From NCBI GenBank assembly GCA_030295235.1, contig AP026145.1, positions 868,001 to 932,000 on the forward strand: DNA of 64,000 nt, written 5' to 3'. Positions within the stretch are counted from its first letter, which is position 1. Each line of letters starts with the position of its first letter. Shown piece after piece: positions 12,097 through 25,277 of this stretch. The notes beneath the pieces were generated by a model. That model saw only the letters and a program-made list of their open reading frames with translations, was not told where the DNA came from and did not search any database. A program made the position numbers and the translations under genes. Source of the stretch: Fistulifera solaris (taxonomy: Eukaryota).

Positions 12097-12976
12097 AATG
12101 ATGTTGAATGAGAAAAAAGAATGTGTTGTTTGTTACGGAGTAGAATGGAACACACAGGCGGCCTCTTTCTTTGCAATAGTTGTTGTTGTGTCTTTGTGCT
12201 GGCGCAATGCGAAAATCTTTCAGCGAGAGGCGATCCAAGGACTCGTGCCCCAAAGTACTCTTTGGTACCCCTAGCGAAGAACGACTCCTTTAAGTACGTA
12301 TCGTGCTACAGAACTTACTTAGGCTATATTTCTCAAAGAGTCGTTGGTATGTATGGAACGAGGATTTATTTATTGAAAACGTGTTTTCGTTTTTTGTTCT
12401 TTGACACGTACTTTAACTGCAACATGAGATGCCGGAACGACTACACAAGGGATTGCACTGTATGAAAATAAGTAGCACTTTCTTCGTGCTTTTTGTGCGG
12501 GCTTTTTTTCCAAAATTTGTTTCGCTCGACAAGAAACAAAAATGAGCATCTCACGGATGTTGTTGCGAAAGCACCCTATTTTTCGGATCCAATGACTTCA
12601 TTATTTTTTTGACGCTCCTTTACCTCCAGAAAGTGATCTCTAGGGATCCAGTTATGTGAAGGAGAACGACGCAACAGAGACGAAACAATCAACCGGTTCT
12701 TTTCAGGAGAGAGATCGTCGTTGGAAAACATTGCTGCAGGAGCTTTCTCTAGGAACGAATTTACTGACAGGCAAAGAACGACATTCGATCGTCGTCCTTC
12801 TTTCTTTACAGAAAAGAGATCCTATATGAGAGCGATCGCACGAACGGATGTTCTTCGCCAGAAACTTCGACACTCTCCGCTATCGCGTTACACTGAAAAG
12901 TACTAACGAACGACCAAGAAACGATTGTCACTGAGTTGTTGCTTCTATTTTATATTGAAAGTTGAAACACATCATC

Positions 12977-15526
12977 CTATTGTTTCTCCAATTGTTGCCA
13001 ATTGTTTTGTACGGTTTTCCACAATTGCGCCACAAATTTGTTTCCCAAAGTACCCATCCATGGGCCGTATTTCGGAGCCGATTCGCGCAATTCTTTCAAC
13101 AGAATTGCCGTTTGTTCGAGTTCGAGTGATCGTGACGGCAACGATGGTTGCTGCTGCTCTTGGACCATTTCGAACAAAGTACTCGCCAACGTTTGGGCTT
13201 GTTCTTCGGACGGCGTTTTTCGTAACAAGACCTGCAAGGGCTTCTCCAAGGGCAACTCAATCTCCTTGGGTAAGGACAAAAGTTCCCGTACACGACTCGG
13301 TAACAACAAATTTTGTTGCAACAAGTCTTTGACTTGCGCCGATGCGGCCAAGGCACCTTCTTCCAATAGAATGGTTTGTAACAAATTGCCCTTGGGATTC
13401 AACAAAATGTCGGCCCCATCTTTGATCAACGCAATGGTTGCTGCAGTGTTGTCTTGGGCACTCACGGTTTTCGTATTGGTGGCCTTGTATGAAGTGATGC
13501 CTTGTGCCAAATCTTGCAATCGCTTGGCCCGGGTGTTGTCCATGCTCCCGTACAACAATTCCTGCAAGGCCCGCTTGGCCCGTGGATCTTCATCGGCCAC
13601 CAGTCGTTGGGCAACGTACGGAAAACACGATTGAATCAACGAATACGACGGATCGGCTTGCAAACTGACACCTTCCAACGTCAAAAAGGCCCGGGAGGTG
13701 TACACGAACCACTCCGGAATTTGAAACGAATCACGATTTTGTTCCTGCAAATCTTCGACTTGCATCGTAATGCCGGTCGCAATACTTTCGCGTTGCACAA
13801 TGTCTTGCATCCGCGATTTCATTTCGCTACGCATTTCGATCCGTAATTCGTCATCGGACAAACCCGGATATTTGGCGCGATATTCGTCAAAGATGCGTTC
13901 CCGAACTTGATCGGCACCACCTCCTTTTCCCGCCTGCTTCAAAAAGTATTTCAAGGGTTCTAACACGCCACTTCGTTGGGCGAATTCCAATTTTTCCGGT
14001 TTCAAAAATCCCAATTGACACAGATCTTGGGGCAATGAATCGTATTGTTCGGCCGTCAAATGTGCCACAAATTCCAGTAATCGGTACTGTAGATTGGAGT
14101 CGATGGGTAACGTCATGCCAAAATCGAGAATACACAGTTTGTTGTCTTTGGACGATATTAACAAATTTCCGGCTGAAAATTGTCGGGAGAAAAAAAGACA
14201 GCAACGTGAGAATGACAACATCCGAGTAACGATCACCATCCCAGAACTACGTACGATGCGGATCACAATGCAACTGCTGCAGTTCCAGCAACATGATCAA
14301 ATACGCATTCAATGCGACCGAACAATATTGTGGAACCAATTTCGGATCATCGATTTGATCCAACCGTTTTCCAAAGACCCATTCCGTCATGAGCACACGT
14401 TCCGAGTACCACACGACCTTCGGTGCCATCAATACCTTGTCCAATTGCCGTTCTTGCATCGCCTGATTGAATTGCATCGTCGTTCGTGCTTCTTGTCGAT
14501 AATCCAATTCGGCAATAAACCCGCGTCCCCATTCTTGAATCAAGGGTTGTAAATTGGAATTCGCATTTGCCGGAATACTTTGATACAGGGGCAACAAGAT
14601 ATTTTGTACAATATACAAATCGAGTGCAATTTCCGCCAACACATTCGGTCGTTGCAATTTGATGGCTACCGTTTGTCCCGTTTCGGGAATCGTGCCTTGA
14701 TAGACTTGTCCAATACTCGCACTGGCCATGGGCGGTTGATCAAAATTGACCTGCACATTGGGAGGAATTTGATCGGCCGTGTACTGTTCCCAGACCGGTT
14801 GGGCATTTTCAAAGGGCGGGACCGCATCTTGCAAGGTCGCCAACGCCTGAGCATATTCCGAAGCAATCAAGTCGGGCCGTACACTGAGCGCTTGTCCAAT
14901 TTTGATGGCCGTCGGACCCAATTGTTGGACAATCGACAACAATTCGTTCGCGCGTTGTTGTTGTATGACAGGATTGTTGGTATTTTGTTTCATAATGTAC
15001 TTGTCCCAAATGAATACCTTCCAAATGAAACTATTCGACAATCGAAACAATTGCAACAATCGTTGTAACACCACTAATGGAGCCTGTTGGGGATAATACA
15101 ATTGGGCGGCAATCGGATCGTATTGTCCTCGCGCGTACGGTTCTTTGTTTTGTCGATAATCGGGTGCCGGAAACGAGAGTGTATACAACAACGAAAGTGT
15201 CGAGAGGATGGTCACAACCGCCCATGTGAGAGGTGATGCCGTGAAAGGCGGTGTCCATGACGAGACATCGGACAAATGGCTGAACCAGGAAACGACTTGT
15301 TGTTTCATCGAAAGCAATTCATTGCTCGTTGACTCTCCCAAAGAGGCGGCGATACGGTTGCTTCTTGTAGACGATTCGTTAAACGTTCCCAGGCTTCATT
15401 GGTTGTAGTTGTTGTAGCTTGTAACTGTGTTGTAGGTCGTCGAATGGCCAACGAAGGAACCAAGGCGTCACCGTGTCGCTGCAGCACAACGAGTATCGTT
15501 GCAATTACCGCCCAGTGTCTCATCAT
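12977..15526 (-). CDS. ABC1/UbiB atypical protein kinase, probably plastid-targeted; intron 14173-14254, frameshift near 15390
   Basis: Motifs LGPTAIKIGQALSVRPD, ASASIGQVY, VAIKLQRP, ELDYRQEA, spliced HCDPHPGNL and ILDFGM. N-terminal signal peptide MMRHWAVIATILVVLQ. Confidence 0.9.
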
Positions 15527-16339
15527 CACGTAACAATCTTGCTGTTTCTAGTAATTTCGGAGTAGTCAATCGTTCACATGAACACAAGATGGTTGGATGA
15601 TCGTTGCCGGATTGTTATTGCTTGTTGCTTTGCTTTCTCGTTATCGTTCGATCGTTCTTTTCGTTGAAACACGCCATTGGCATTCTCATGAGTACCGTTC
15701 CTGTACTGTTATCTTCATATACATAATCCACGCCACGTCGGAGAGCAACTCATCAGTTCCGATGATGTGTCAGAGCTTGGTCTGCACGTATGTCCTCACA
15801 AAAGGACCTGATTGCGGATGGACGGCAGACGAACGAAATGGACCGTCGCCGTTTCCAGTTTCGTCTTTCGTCCGATGATGGTCCTACGGATCACAGTTGA
15901 AGAGATCACCAACGATCTTTTTTGACTGCTGGTGGAGCAATTAGGAATAATATTATTTGTTATAAAAAAAGGATTAAGAATGAGAACGTTACTGTTGGTG
16001 GATCTGTCTGGATTTTTTTGTGATTTTGAGGGGTGACAAATATTTAGTACTAGTGCTCCGTAGTAGTTGTTGTTGGCAGTCTCGAATCTCGAACATAGCC
16101 ACGTCTGTTCGTCCTACCGCTCGGGAATGATAAACAATTTTTCCTCCGTTCGTCGTCTCGTCTCGCGTCGCGTCGTAATCGCGTTTTCTCATTTTCAGAA
16201 TATCAGGAACAACAAAAAGCGTATTATTCAAGGGAAAGTATTCATTTTCTACGCCACTGATACACTATCTAACTACGATTGATTTAATTGCTAATCAGGA
16301 AAGCAATAGCGTTTCCAAGACGAGGAACTCGCAACAAAA

Positions 16340-17391
16340 ATGCTTCACGAAAAGGACCGCTTTCTCGTTTCGTCGACTTTCACTAGCATCATGCTTTTCT
16401 TATCAATCTCTCGAACTCATTCCTTCGTCATTACCCAATTCAAGGCAACGCCTTTCAAAAGTCGAGGCTTCTCTCGATTACTGGCTACATCTTCGACTAC
16501 AACGACGACAAACAACAATGAACTGGAATGGGAAACGTTTGAATTCAGTCGCAAACCGAAAAAGGATGCACGTTTTTCCAACCAGACGACGACGACGATG
16601 AAATATCACAAAATAGCAACAATTTATCCATGAACAAACAACAATTATGGCAATCACTGTCGGCAACACAAGTAAAAGACTCCATTGCCGCCTTGTTGCC
16701 GTACGTCCGACCTTCCCGCGTCGAACGCATTCAATCCGTCCTCGAAAAAAGAACCCAAAATGTTCGTTTCTTGTTTGAAAATCCCGCCAACCCCTCCAAT
16801 GTCTTTGCCTGTTTGCGGACTTTGGATTCGTTTGGCATACAAGACGCCGATGTCTTTTTACAGCCGTCTCTGTATCAAGGAACCATGGCACTGTCCCAGA
16901 AGAAGGGTGTCAAAACGGCCATGGGGAGTGCGCAATGGATGACTTTGCAACAATACATTATTCAACAAGATGCGACTTTGACGTCGACGTTACAAAAATA
17001 CAAACAGCAACACAACTGTCGCATCTACGCTTCCTGTTTGTCACCGGACGCGAAAGATATTCGTGACATTGAATGGCCCACCAACGAATCGATTTGTATT
17101 GTCATGGGCAATGAAGAACGTGGCATTACGACCGAAATGAAGGACGCCGCGGATGAACTCTTTACACTACCAATGGTGGGATTTGCGGAATCCTTCAATT
17201 TATCGGTGGCGACCGCGATTACGTGTGCGCATTTGAGTACCCAACCGGATCTCTTGCGTCCCAATTTGAGTCAAGACCAACAGGAATTGTTGCTACTGCA
17301 GGGATTGATTCATTCGATCCCGCAAAAACGCATGAGTAAGGCCTTGTTGAAACAAGCGGGGATCGGATTGCCGCATGATTTGTTGGGATAA
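16340..17391 (+). CDS. SpoU/TrmH-family RNA 2'-O-methyltransferase; frameshift near 16600-16630
   Basis: Motifs ENPANPSNVFACLRTLDSFG, IVMGNEERGIT and LPMVGFAESFNLSVA. The upstream ORF 16340-16633 supplies a signal/transit-like N-terminus. Confidence 0.88.
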
Positions 17392-17469
17392 TTAATAGTG
17401 CGATCACAAATTAGAAAAATGAGTATAGTATAACAAGCTAGACTATACTCGAACCATACTCTAATCGTC

Positions 17470-19803
17470 CTAACTTCGTTCTTTCATGGTTTGAAAGTGC
17501 GGAATCACAATCCCCAAACGTTGGGCCAATACCGCCATTTCCGGATCCATCGGTGGTGGTCCACAATACGTCGGTAGTATCGGTTGACCCCGAGCGTTTC
17601 GGGGAAACAAGGCGTCCCCCCAAGGTAATTCTGGAATGCGTGTATTGGCAGCCGTGTGTCTTTCCTCTTCCATATTCATCGTGGCGTTATCAAAATTCCC
17701 GTCCGGTGGCAGTTTCTTTCTTCGTCTTTGTCCCGACGAAGACTGCGGATTCCATACTAAACGACGTGTCGATGGAGGTGGTGCGAGAGTAACGTCGGAA
17801 CGCTCCAAACGAACGGGGAGGTCAGCGGTGGCCAATGTCACTTGTTGTGCCTCTTGGCGTGTCTTCCACCATTGCTCCAATTCGGTCGCAGCCTCTTGCA
17901 ACGTCGCCGGATTGTAAACATTCGCCTCATCTTCATCCGTCATGGAACAATTTTGCGCCTGCAGCGACTGTGCCAAACCGACCGCTTCGCGCAAAGCAGA
18001 GTGCGCCGTTTCGTAATACGACTGCAATATTGTAGTCGTTTCCTTTCGATTGCCGAGTTCCTGATGCAGAGCTTGACGGAACAGATCCGCACACACTACG
18101 CATGCCATGATGCATTCCTGTACTAATGCATGGTAATGTTCATTGTCCTCCTGCTTGGCTCCCTGAAGTTTGGATAAACACGTCGCCGCGTCCTTCCAAC
18201 ACGAATGTGCCTTTTCCCGACGGTGCAAATGCCAATGGGCTACACCACGCCACCGCATCGTCAACGAATACAATTGCCACGCTTGCAATTCGTGCTGTAA
18301 CAGTGATTCGTCCTTCGAGTGTTGTTGAATCATTTGCAGCAAGGGATCCACCGTGGTCGTTGTTGACAATTGTTGGAGAGCGGCACGATATTTCTGTTGT
18401 TCCACCAAAACAATTCCCCTATTCGTTTGTGCTTGTCCCAGTACCAGACATAACACTCGCTGATAAAAGAACTCGGTCTCCGACAAACTGCTTTGCGATT
18501 GCATGACCATTGTTTGCGCCAACTGAAACATGCGATGCGCTTGTTGCAGATGAAATTCCTGACGCCTAGCAGGATACCACAAGGATTGATTTCCCACATC
18601 CATGGCGAGTTGACGGACATGTTCTCGCGCATTCCATAACAAATCATCGTCTTCGGCTTGAGTTTGTAATAAATGCTCCAAGACTTGCCGCGATCGTTGC
18701 AATCGCACTTTGGTCAATTCCAATCGTTCTTCCGCGTTGTCTTCCGACAAAACAGAGCGATCCTGATCAATGCGTTCTCCTTCGCGACGCGTTTGTTGTT
18801 CTTCGGCTTGGACAAACTCGTGCGAGGCTTCCAATTGCGTCACATTGACGCCAAATTGTTGTTTCAATTCCCGAATCGATGTTTCCTGCAGAGGTGTAGG
18901 AGACGACGTGTCCTGGTGAATGCGAACTTTCAAGGCGGGAGTCTTTGCAAGCGACACATTGTTTTCTTCTTCTTCTTCGAGCACAATCCGTCGTCGCTTC
19001 ACGGTAGGATTGTGTTTCGGAAGGATCGACTTCACCCACGTTCCAAACGCCGGTTCCCAATCTTGTGGTGTTTGCCACTGCAAGGGTAGCACGCGTTCGT
19101 TCGATTGTTGCAAACGCTGCCAATGATAGGTGGTGCCTTGCCATTTCACGGTCAATTGTTCCATCTTGTCGGTAAATACCATTTTGTGCACAACAGCTTG
19201 ACAGTGGTGTTGCAGTTGCGCCGGTAAAATGCGGGATTGCCATTCCATGAATTGTTGTTGCAATTGTTGTTGTTCATGTTCCAATTGATTCCAAAATTGA
19301 TCGATCACGGGAAATTTTTCCAGCATACGATCCCACCATTGGGAGGATTTTCCAATGGCTTTACAATATCGCACCACCAAACCATGCTCAGAATCATTCC
19401 ATTCATCCCAACTCGTGCCATTGTAAATCCCACTATGGTAGGTATGAGACGATTGTGGTAAATGACTGGGAAAGGGATACATAGCGCGTTGATCTTCGGA
19501 AGCACGACATTCGCCCGAAATCGTCAAAATCAATCCATCGTGCAATCTCACCAGATAATAAAACAATTGCGGTAACCAGTGCGGCAATGCCGCCGGATGT
19601 TGCAGCATTTGTGGTAGTATGCTAAATTGCAAACACTCCAATCCGGCGTGTAAGGCTTGATGCAATTTTGGTAAAGTGCGACAACAGTGCTCCATGTGGT
19701 GTTGCAGTGCTGCCGGACAAGGATGCTTTTGATGCAACAATTGCAACGCTGCTAGAGCGGAATCGACCATATCGCACGACGACAGTCGTGTAGGGGATGG
19801 CAT
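17470..19803 (-). CDS. Hypothetical protein with coiled-coil and TPR-like helical region
   Basis: Uninterrupted ORF of about 777 codons from ATG 19803. LGQAQTNRGIVLVEQQKYRAALQQL is TPR-like. Confidence 0.7.
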   Translation of the reverse strand: MPSPTRLSSCDMVDSALAALQLLHQKHPCPAALQHHMEHCCRTLPKLHQALHAGLECLQFSILPQMLQHPAALPHWLPQLFYYLVRLHDGLILTISGECRASEDQRAMYPFPSHLPQSSHTYHSGIYNGTSWDEWNDSEHGLVVRYCKAIGKSSQWWDRMLEKFPVIDQFWNQLEHEQQQLQQQFMEWQSRILPAQLQHHCQAVVHKMVFTDKMEQLTVKWQGTTYHWQRLQQSNERVLPLQWQTPQDWEPAFGTWVKSILPKHNPTVKRRRIVLEEEEENNVSLAKTPALKVRIHQDTSSPTPLQETSIRELKQQFGVNVTQLEASHEFVQAEEQQTRREGERIDQDRSVLSEDNAEERLELTKVRLQRSRQVLEHLLQTQAEDDDLLWNAREHVRQLAMDVGNQSLWYPARRQEFHLQQAHRMFQLAQTMVMQSQSSLSETEFFYQRVLCLVLGQAQTNRGIVLVEQQKYRAALQQLSTTTTVDPLLQMIQQHSKDESLLQHELQAWQLYSLTMRWRGVAHWHLHRREKAHSCWKDAATCLSKLQGAKQEDNEHYHALVQECIMACVVCADLFRQALHQELGNRKETTTILQSYYETAHSALREAVGLAQSLQAQNCSMTDEDEANVYNPATLQEAATELEQWWKTRQEAQQVTLATADLPVRLERSDVTLAPPPSTRRLVWNPQSSSGQRRRKKLPPDGNFDNATMNMEEERHTAANTRIPELPWGDALFPRNARGQPILPTYCGPPPMDPEMAVLAQRLGIVIPHFQTMKERS

Positions 19804-20185
19804 AGTGTTGAGTGAGTGAGTGAGTGAGTGTGAGAAGTAACAGAGATTGAAGAAGAGGAGAAAGAAGGATGATAGTAGGCAAAGTCGAAGAATGAAAGGA
19901 AGGCATAAACAAAACATGTGTGCGCGGCACCGTTTTTCGAATGCCCGGCTGTGAGAAACAACGGAACGTTAAGTCCGTTGTAGTTTCGTCGTTGTGTATC
20001 CGTTGCTGACGTGACGCGCGCGATGCGGACGACGTAGAGACCGCAACAACAAGAACAAACAACAACAACAAAAACAAAAATGCGACGACGATGATGGTCG
20101 TCTTGTTTCATTCTTCATTCGTTCTCTTCTCGTCTCTTTCATTTCATCACGAAAATAAGCTCTTCTTTCATCGAACCAGCAAAGT

Positions 20186-21764
20186 ATGCTACAATCAGCC
20201 TTACAACGATGGGCGCACGAAATCAGTCACAATTTCAATGTCGGTACGTCCGATGCGAAATGGTCTGTAAATCATTCTACTGATTTCTCACCTTTCTCGT
20301 CGGTTAGAACAACGACTCCAAGAACAAGAAGATCGTGTGCAACAAATAGAATATACTTTACAACCATTCACAGTACCATTCGAAAATCGAGTGGCGTCCT
20401 TTCTCGAAATCGAACACGAACAGCAACGAGCCATCGAACGCCTGTCACGGAAACAACCTGCCGTACAGGAAATTACGACGACGACCAGCAACCCTCCAAC
20501 ACGACCCAAACCGTGTCCCGAATCACTTCTCTATGATTCCGTCTTACAAGATAAACAGAAAAAGGAAGAGAAAGAAAATCATCGAACAAGGCGAAAAAGC
20601 AGTACAAAGAAAAGATGGACAGTAACAAAGGGGACTCCAAAGAACGCCAACGTCAGGGAAGAAACCAAGGAGGAGATGCGGTCGACGACGACGACTCGGC
20701 AGGAAAGTGCTCGATCGTCGACTGTGGATACGAAAAGAGCTTCTTCGATTCAAGTGGCGTTGCAACAATTGGATGAATCCATGGCACTCTTGTTGACAAA
20801 TCGATCGTCCTTGGTGGAACATCAACATTCGAAACAACAGAGTACATCGTCATCATCAACGACATCGGAGGCACCATCGACCGTCGTGGCGTCTCGCTGG
20901 ACTGTCGCCGAAGATGATTCGGCTCTCTATTGTCCGACACTCGTGCCCGGTCATGCGCAGCAAGCAACTGGTTCGGCGGTCCGACGGCCTTCCAATATTC
21001 AAATGAACGAAGAAAACGTACGGAACCATGAAATGGACTTGCAATTGACGATCGATGAAGAAGACGATGATCCTTTGCAACTATTGACCACGTGTGATTT
21101 GGATCAAAAGTATCATCTCGAGCAAGACTTGTCCAAGCCACACGGCTTTCGTGTCGTACCCAATGACAGTACGACGACGCCCCGGAATCAGACCACGACA
21201 GTCGAATCCACGAAAAGTACCGTCAAAACCACCAATTATCATCCGACAACGACACAATCGAACGGACGCCAGCTGTCGTCCAGTACACCGATGCGTTTGT
21301 TGCAACACGAAATGCAACAACATCATCCGGACGCTACGCTGTTGTTGCATCAAACCTTGTCGTCCCCACAATTTCATCCCAATCATGATGACGAGGATGA
21401 GGACAACGACGACGAGAATACACAACAAAGTATGCAGCATTCGTCAAGCACTTCGAACAACAATTGTTCGTTGTTTCAAGACACGTCACAAGATCACACT
21501 CGATTGCCGTTCATTACGGAACAAGAATACAGTGCCGCACCCCGGATTGTGCAAATGCAAATGAGTTGGGAAAACATGAATCAAGCCATTGAACAATGGA
21601 ATCAAACCAACGTGGTGACGCCCATTCCGTACGAAGATGCCTTGGAAATATGGAACAGCGACGCGACACCGAATCGGGTCGTTTTGATGGCTTTGTGTCA
21701 TTTTCGACGATTGTGGTTGAAATCGCAAGAGGATGGAAAAATGTGGTTTGATGTTTGTTTGTAA
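20186..21764 (+). CDS. Hypothetical protein, possibly a SKA3/SKA1-like kinetochore protein; intron 20244-20307
   Basis: A GTACGT...TTAG intron joins the N-terminal coiled coil to ORF 20337. The middle is disordered, and the C-terminal ITEQEYSAAPRIVQMQMSWENMNQAI resembles the Ska microtubule-binding domain. Confidence 0.5.
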
Positions 21765-21888
21765 ACTTGAAAGGACGTATTATATTTTGGCAAAACAAAT
21801 AATGATTAGATAAATACTTTCATGTAAGCAGTTTGACCTCACGTCGAATTTCTCATTACACGCAACAACATTTCTCTTTCTTCCCTTC

Positions 21889-22774
21889 TTATACGTCTGT
21901 CTTGTTGCGTTTCGCGGGAACCGCCGGCAGCGACAAGAACAAATCGCGCTTGCGTTGCGCAATTTCTTCGTCCGGAATCACCCCTTCAAACTCTTTGAGT
22001 AATTCCAAATGTTCACGTACTTCCTGTACCGTCAATCGCTTTTCCTCTTCTTCTTCGGCCATCATTTTCTTGGAGGGCGATGGCTTGACTACCGCCGAAT
22101 CGGGCACTTCACTACGGGCTTTTTTGCGCAGTTCTTGCAAGTCCACCATCAATACCGGGGCCGGAAAGTTGGTATTGAGCTGATCTCCTTGATAATAGAG
22201 ACGAAAGGTCAACATGACGTGATTGTTGGCGTGTTCCCACATGGGTGGAGTCGGCCGGCCACGATGAATCCCGTCCGATCGAGATTCCTGTGTGCGAAGA
22301 GAGAAAGAGAGAGAGAGGAGTGTGAGTGCGCTGCAGTAAGTTCCCTACATTCATTAAGTATATACGTACAAAGAAATGATGCGCCAATCGATCGACCGCT
22401 TCTTCGTGAGACCGTCCCGTCACCCAAAATGGCTTGATGGCTTCCGCCAAAGTTTCCAATTCTTGTTGCAATCCGCGATGTCGCGTAATGGCGGCCGTCC
22501 CATCGAGGGGCGCTTGACTTGACATGGTCCGGTACATGATTTCGGCACTCTGATGTTGCAACAACACGCCTTCGTCGACCAATTGCTTCAGCAGATGCGT
22601 ACACTGTTCCAGATACGCCGCTTTGCGCTGAAACGGACGCAAGGTATTCATGCAGGGTTCTACGGCCCGATAGGCTTCGTACAAGACGACCGATTGCACA
22701 CTGCGGCGCATCTGGTCGACGTAGCCACCGGGACCGATTGCGTGTCGTAAACGAGAGACCCACGAATCGGGCAT
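21889..22774 (-). CDS. Hypothetical protein; intron about 22288-22368, 5' end uncertain
   Basis: ORF 22112-22774 splices (HHFF|GTACGT...ACAG|ESRSDG) in frame into ORF 21889-22242. Confidence 0.7.
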
Positions 22775-24267
22775 GATCGTTCAATAATGAAGTCTACGGA
22801 TGTAAGGCTGTCTTTCTTACGGTTAGAAACTGACCGAAGAGAGGAAGCAGAGCACGAACGAGCAGCGATACATGTTAGTCAATTGTTACGAAGAAGCAAG
22901 ATGCATTCAGTCAATCAGAGATGCCAAACAGGATCTTTATCGACGTGAGAATACGAGAACGAGCAAAGCATAGCACCGCTGTAGGCTGCAGCAGCATCAT
23001 CGTAATAGAAGACAATCAGTGGGTGTTTTCTCGTGCTATGTGCTTTAAGATCCCGATGATCCTAACATTGTGTCTTGACATCCATCGTCATTGGAAGCAA
23101 GTTACGATAAATATCGAAAATGAACGTCTCTCATCGTTTTCTTGATTTTCACTTACCTCAATTTTGGGAGATTCCCTTGCAAAATGAGGCTGCGTCTGTT
23201 TTTGCGATTTTGCGAAGCAGAAAAAAGCATCGAATGCCCAACGCACCGCACGCCGGCCAACACGCGCCGCTCTGTAGACCGTGTACTGTTGTTTACGTAC
23301 GTATGTTTCTACGCAGAATGACGTACGGTACGCGATATCGTTTTGAAACGAAAATAGCGCACCGGTATTCAACTCGAACTCCCAAAAATCGACTTCCAGA
23401 AAATGGCATCTCGTTCCGAGAACAACTCTGGTCATTTTTTTCTTGTTTTTTTTTTCTTCTTCTTTCTTTCATGTCTTTCATGTCTTTCATCGCAATGATT
23501 TCACGAGCCGCGGAACAAAAATACTACGGAGTATCATTTCTTCTTGATGCTGGATGATATAATCAAACGTTTTTGAAGAGCTTCGACTCTCCTCGTCATG
23601 TTGGACGCAAGAGGGTTCTCGTCGAGTTTTCGGGACCTGTTCCACCGATCGAGGGTCTTGGCGTTACAGACAGAAACGAGTGTATGAGATGAAAAGGTTC
23701 TACAGTGGGATTCTCTATCGCATCAATTCAGCAGCAATTTGGATCCCGGTTCGCCCTCTATCTCGAAGAACTTGGTGATGGTTTTCGATATTCATTTCTA
23801 TGTGCCGTCGAGGGAATGAAATAGGCATTGATCGCCTATCGAAACTCCGCCGCCATTGCGGAATCTTTGCTACGTCACCTTGTGGGAAGACAAAAGAATT
23901 GGACGAATACTGAGATATCAGCAATTACCCGCTGTTGCCGAGACGAATTGTGTGGCAACCGTCTCTACGATAATTTACACTGCAACATTCGTTTGCTAGG
24001 AGCTGGGTTTAATATCTGCTTGATAGAGCCCTTTGCCCTAGCTAACTGCGATGATAAAAGCTATCTTTCCGCTGTCCTTCATCGTAGGCCGTATGGGTCG
24101 AAGAGAGGCGCGAGTTCCGACCAAATACAACCCTCATAGATAGAATATAAGCGAATTAATCAGCGTCAAGTTTTCTAATCCTTTGCTTTAACTTTTCAAA
24201 CGATGACGAATAACGTTGAATTAGGAATAATACCAAGAAAGCGCCTTACTCCTTTTCTTTAAATTTA

Positions 24268-24779
24268 TTACTTTGTGAATTTACGTTCACCTGCTCGACT
24301 CAAACGACGTTGAAGTTGATGATGCGATTCTGAAGAAAGAGGATGAAGAGAATATTAGAAGACACATCATTTTATCAGATACATAAGAACGGTTCGTTCG
24401 AACAACGAACACACAGATGTACGTACCGCGCCCTTCGGCTTTGGCTCGTTTCGCTTCAACCGCCGCACCCGCTCGCATCCCCGCAAAGGGATCCGTCGGC
24501 CGACTTTTAAGTTTCTTTTGTTCCATGAGTTCGACAATGGCACTGTACGCACGGCAACTGGCCGGCAGATCTTCAATGTTGTTGGTATTTTCAGAGAGTT
24601 TACGGCAGGCTTATTAATGAATGAATGATTTGTTGATGCAAACAATAAATAATGATTGAGAAATGATGGTGTTGTTAGGCATCGTAGCAGGTATAAGCGC
24701 AATAGACAATCCGTAATCTCTCCTACTTACTTTCGTACGAAACCTTTGTTTCCTTCTTGTTCGCATTTGGTGCCACCAT
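24268..24779 (-). CDS. Small three-exon 97-aa protein of the 'RPTDPFAGM' family, copy A
   Basis: Exons 24779-24731, 24609-24427 and 24329-24268 with GT-AG introns give a stop-free frame. It is paralogous to 61586-62108 with the same intron phases. Confidence 0.8.
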
Positions 24780-25277
24780 GTTTGCTCGTTAATTATCAAA
24801 GGAAAGACTAAAGGAGAGCGCGTAAAAATGGTAACAAAGGATTCAAATAAGAACAGAAACAAGATAAGGAATGGAGTTCTCGACAGATACACAGGAGAAG
24901 CACCCAATACGATAAAGGCGAAGCAATTGGGCTTCAACACAACAGCATCAACAAGAAATCCGCAAAAGGTTATTTGCGATCTTTTTTTTGCAAAAGTGTC
25001 AAAACCTCGGAAGAATTTTGCGCGCGCGAACCTTCGTGTCGAACGATGGGGCGTTGAAGTGTGACAAAGCGCCACGTGTTCATCTACATAAAAATATTAT
25101 ACTACTTTGTTTTGTATATTGTTTGTTGTAAGACACCTTTCCGTGCAAAGAGAGCCAAAATCATCGGAGCGACATTTTTGTCGAGATCTACAAACGACTC
25201 GATTCTTACACGAATGCTCACAAAATCAACAAAATGTGAGACACAATAGAATATAGCCAACAACTCCCCCCAGCACC

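Noticed and set aside
12271..12861. Possible MITE bounded by CTAGCGAAGAAC / GTTCTTCGCCAG
   Set aside because: Only 11 of 12 bases match and no target-site duplication is visible.
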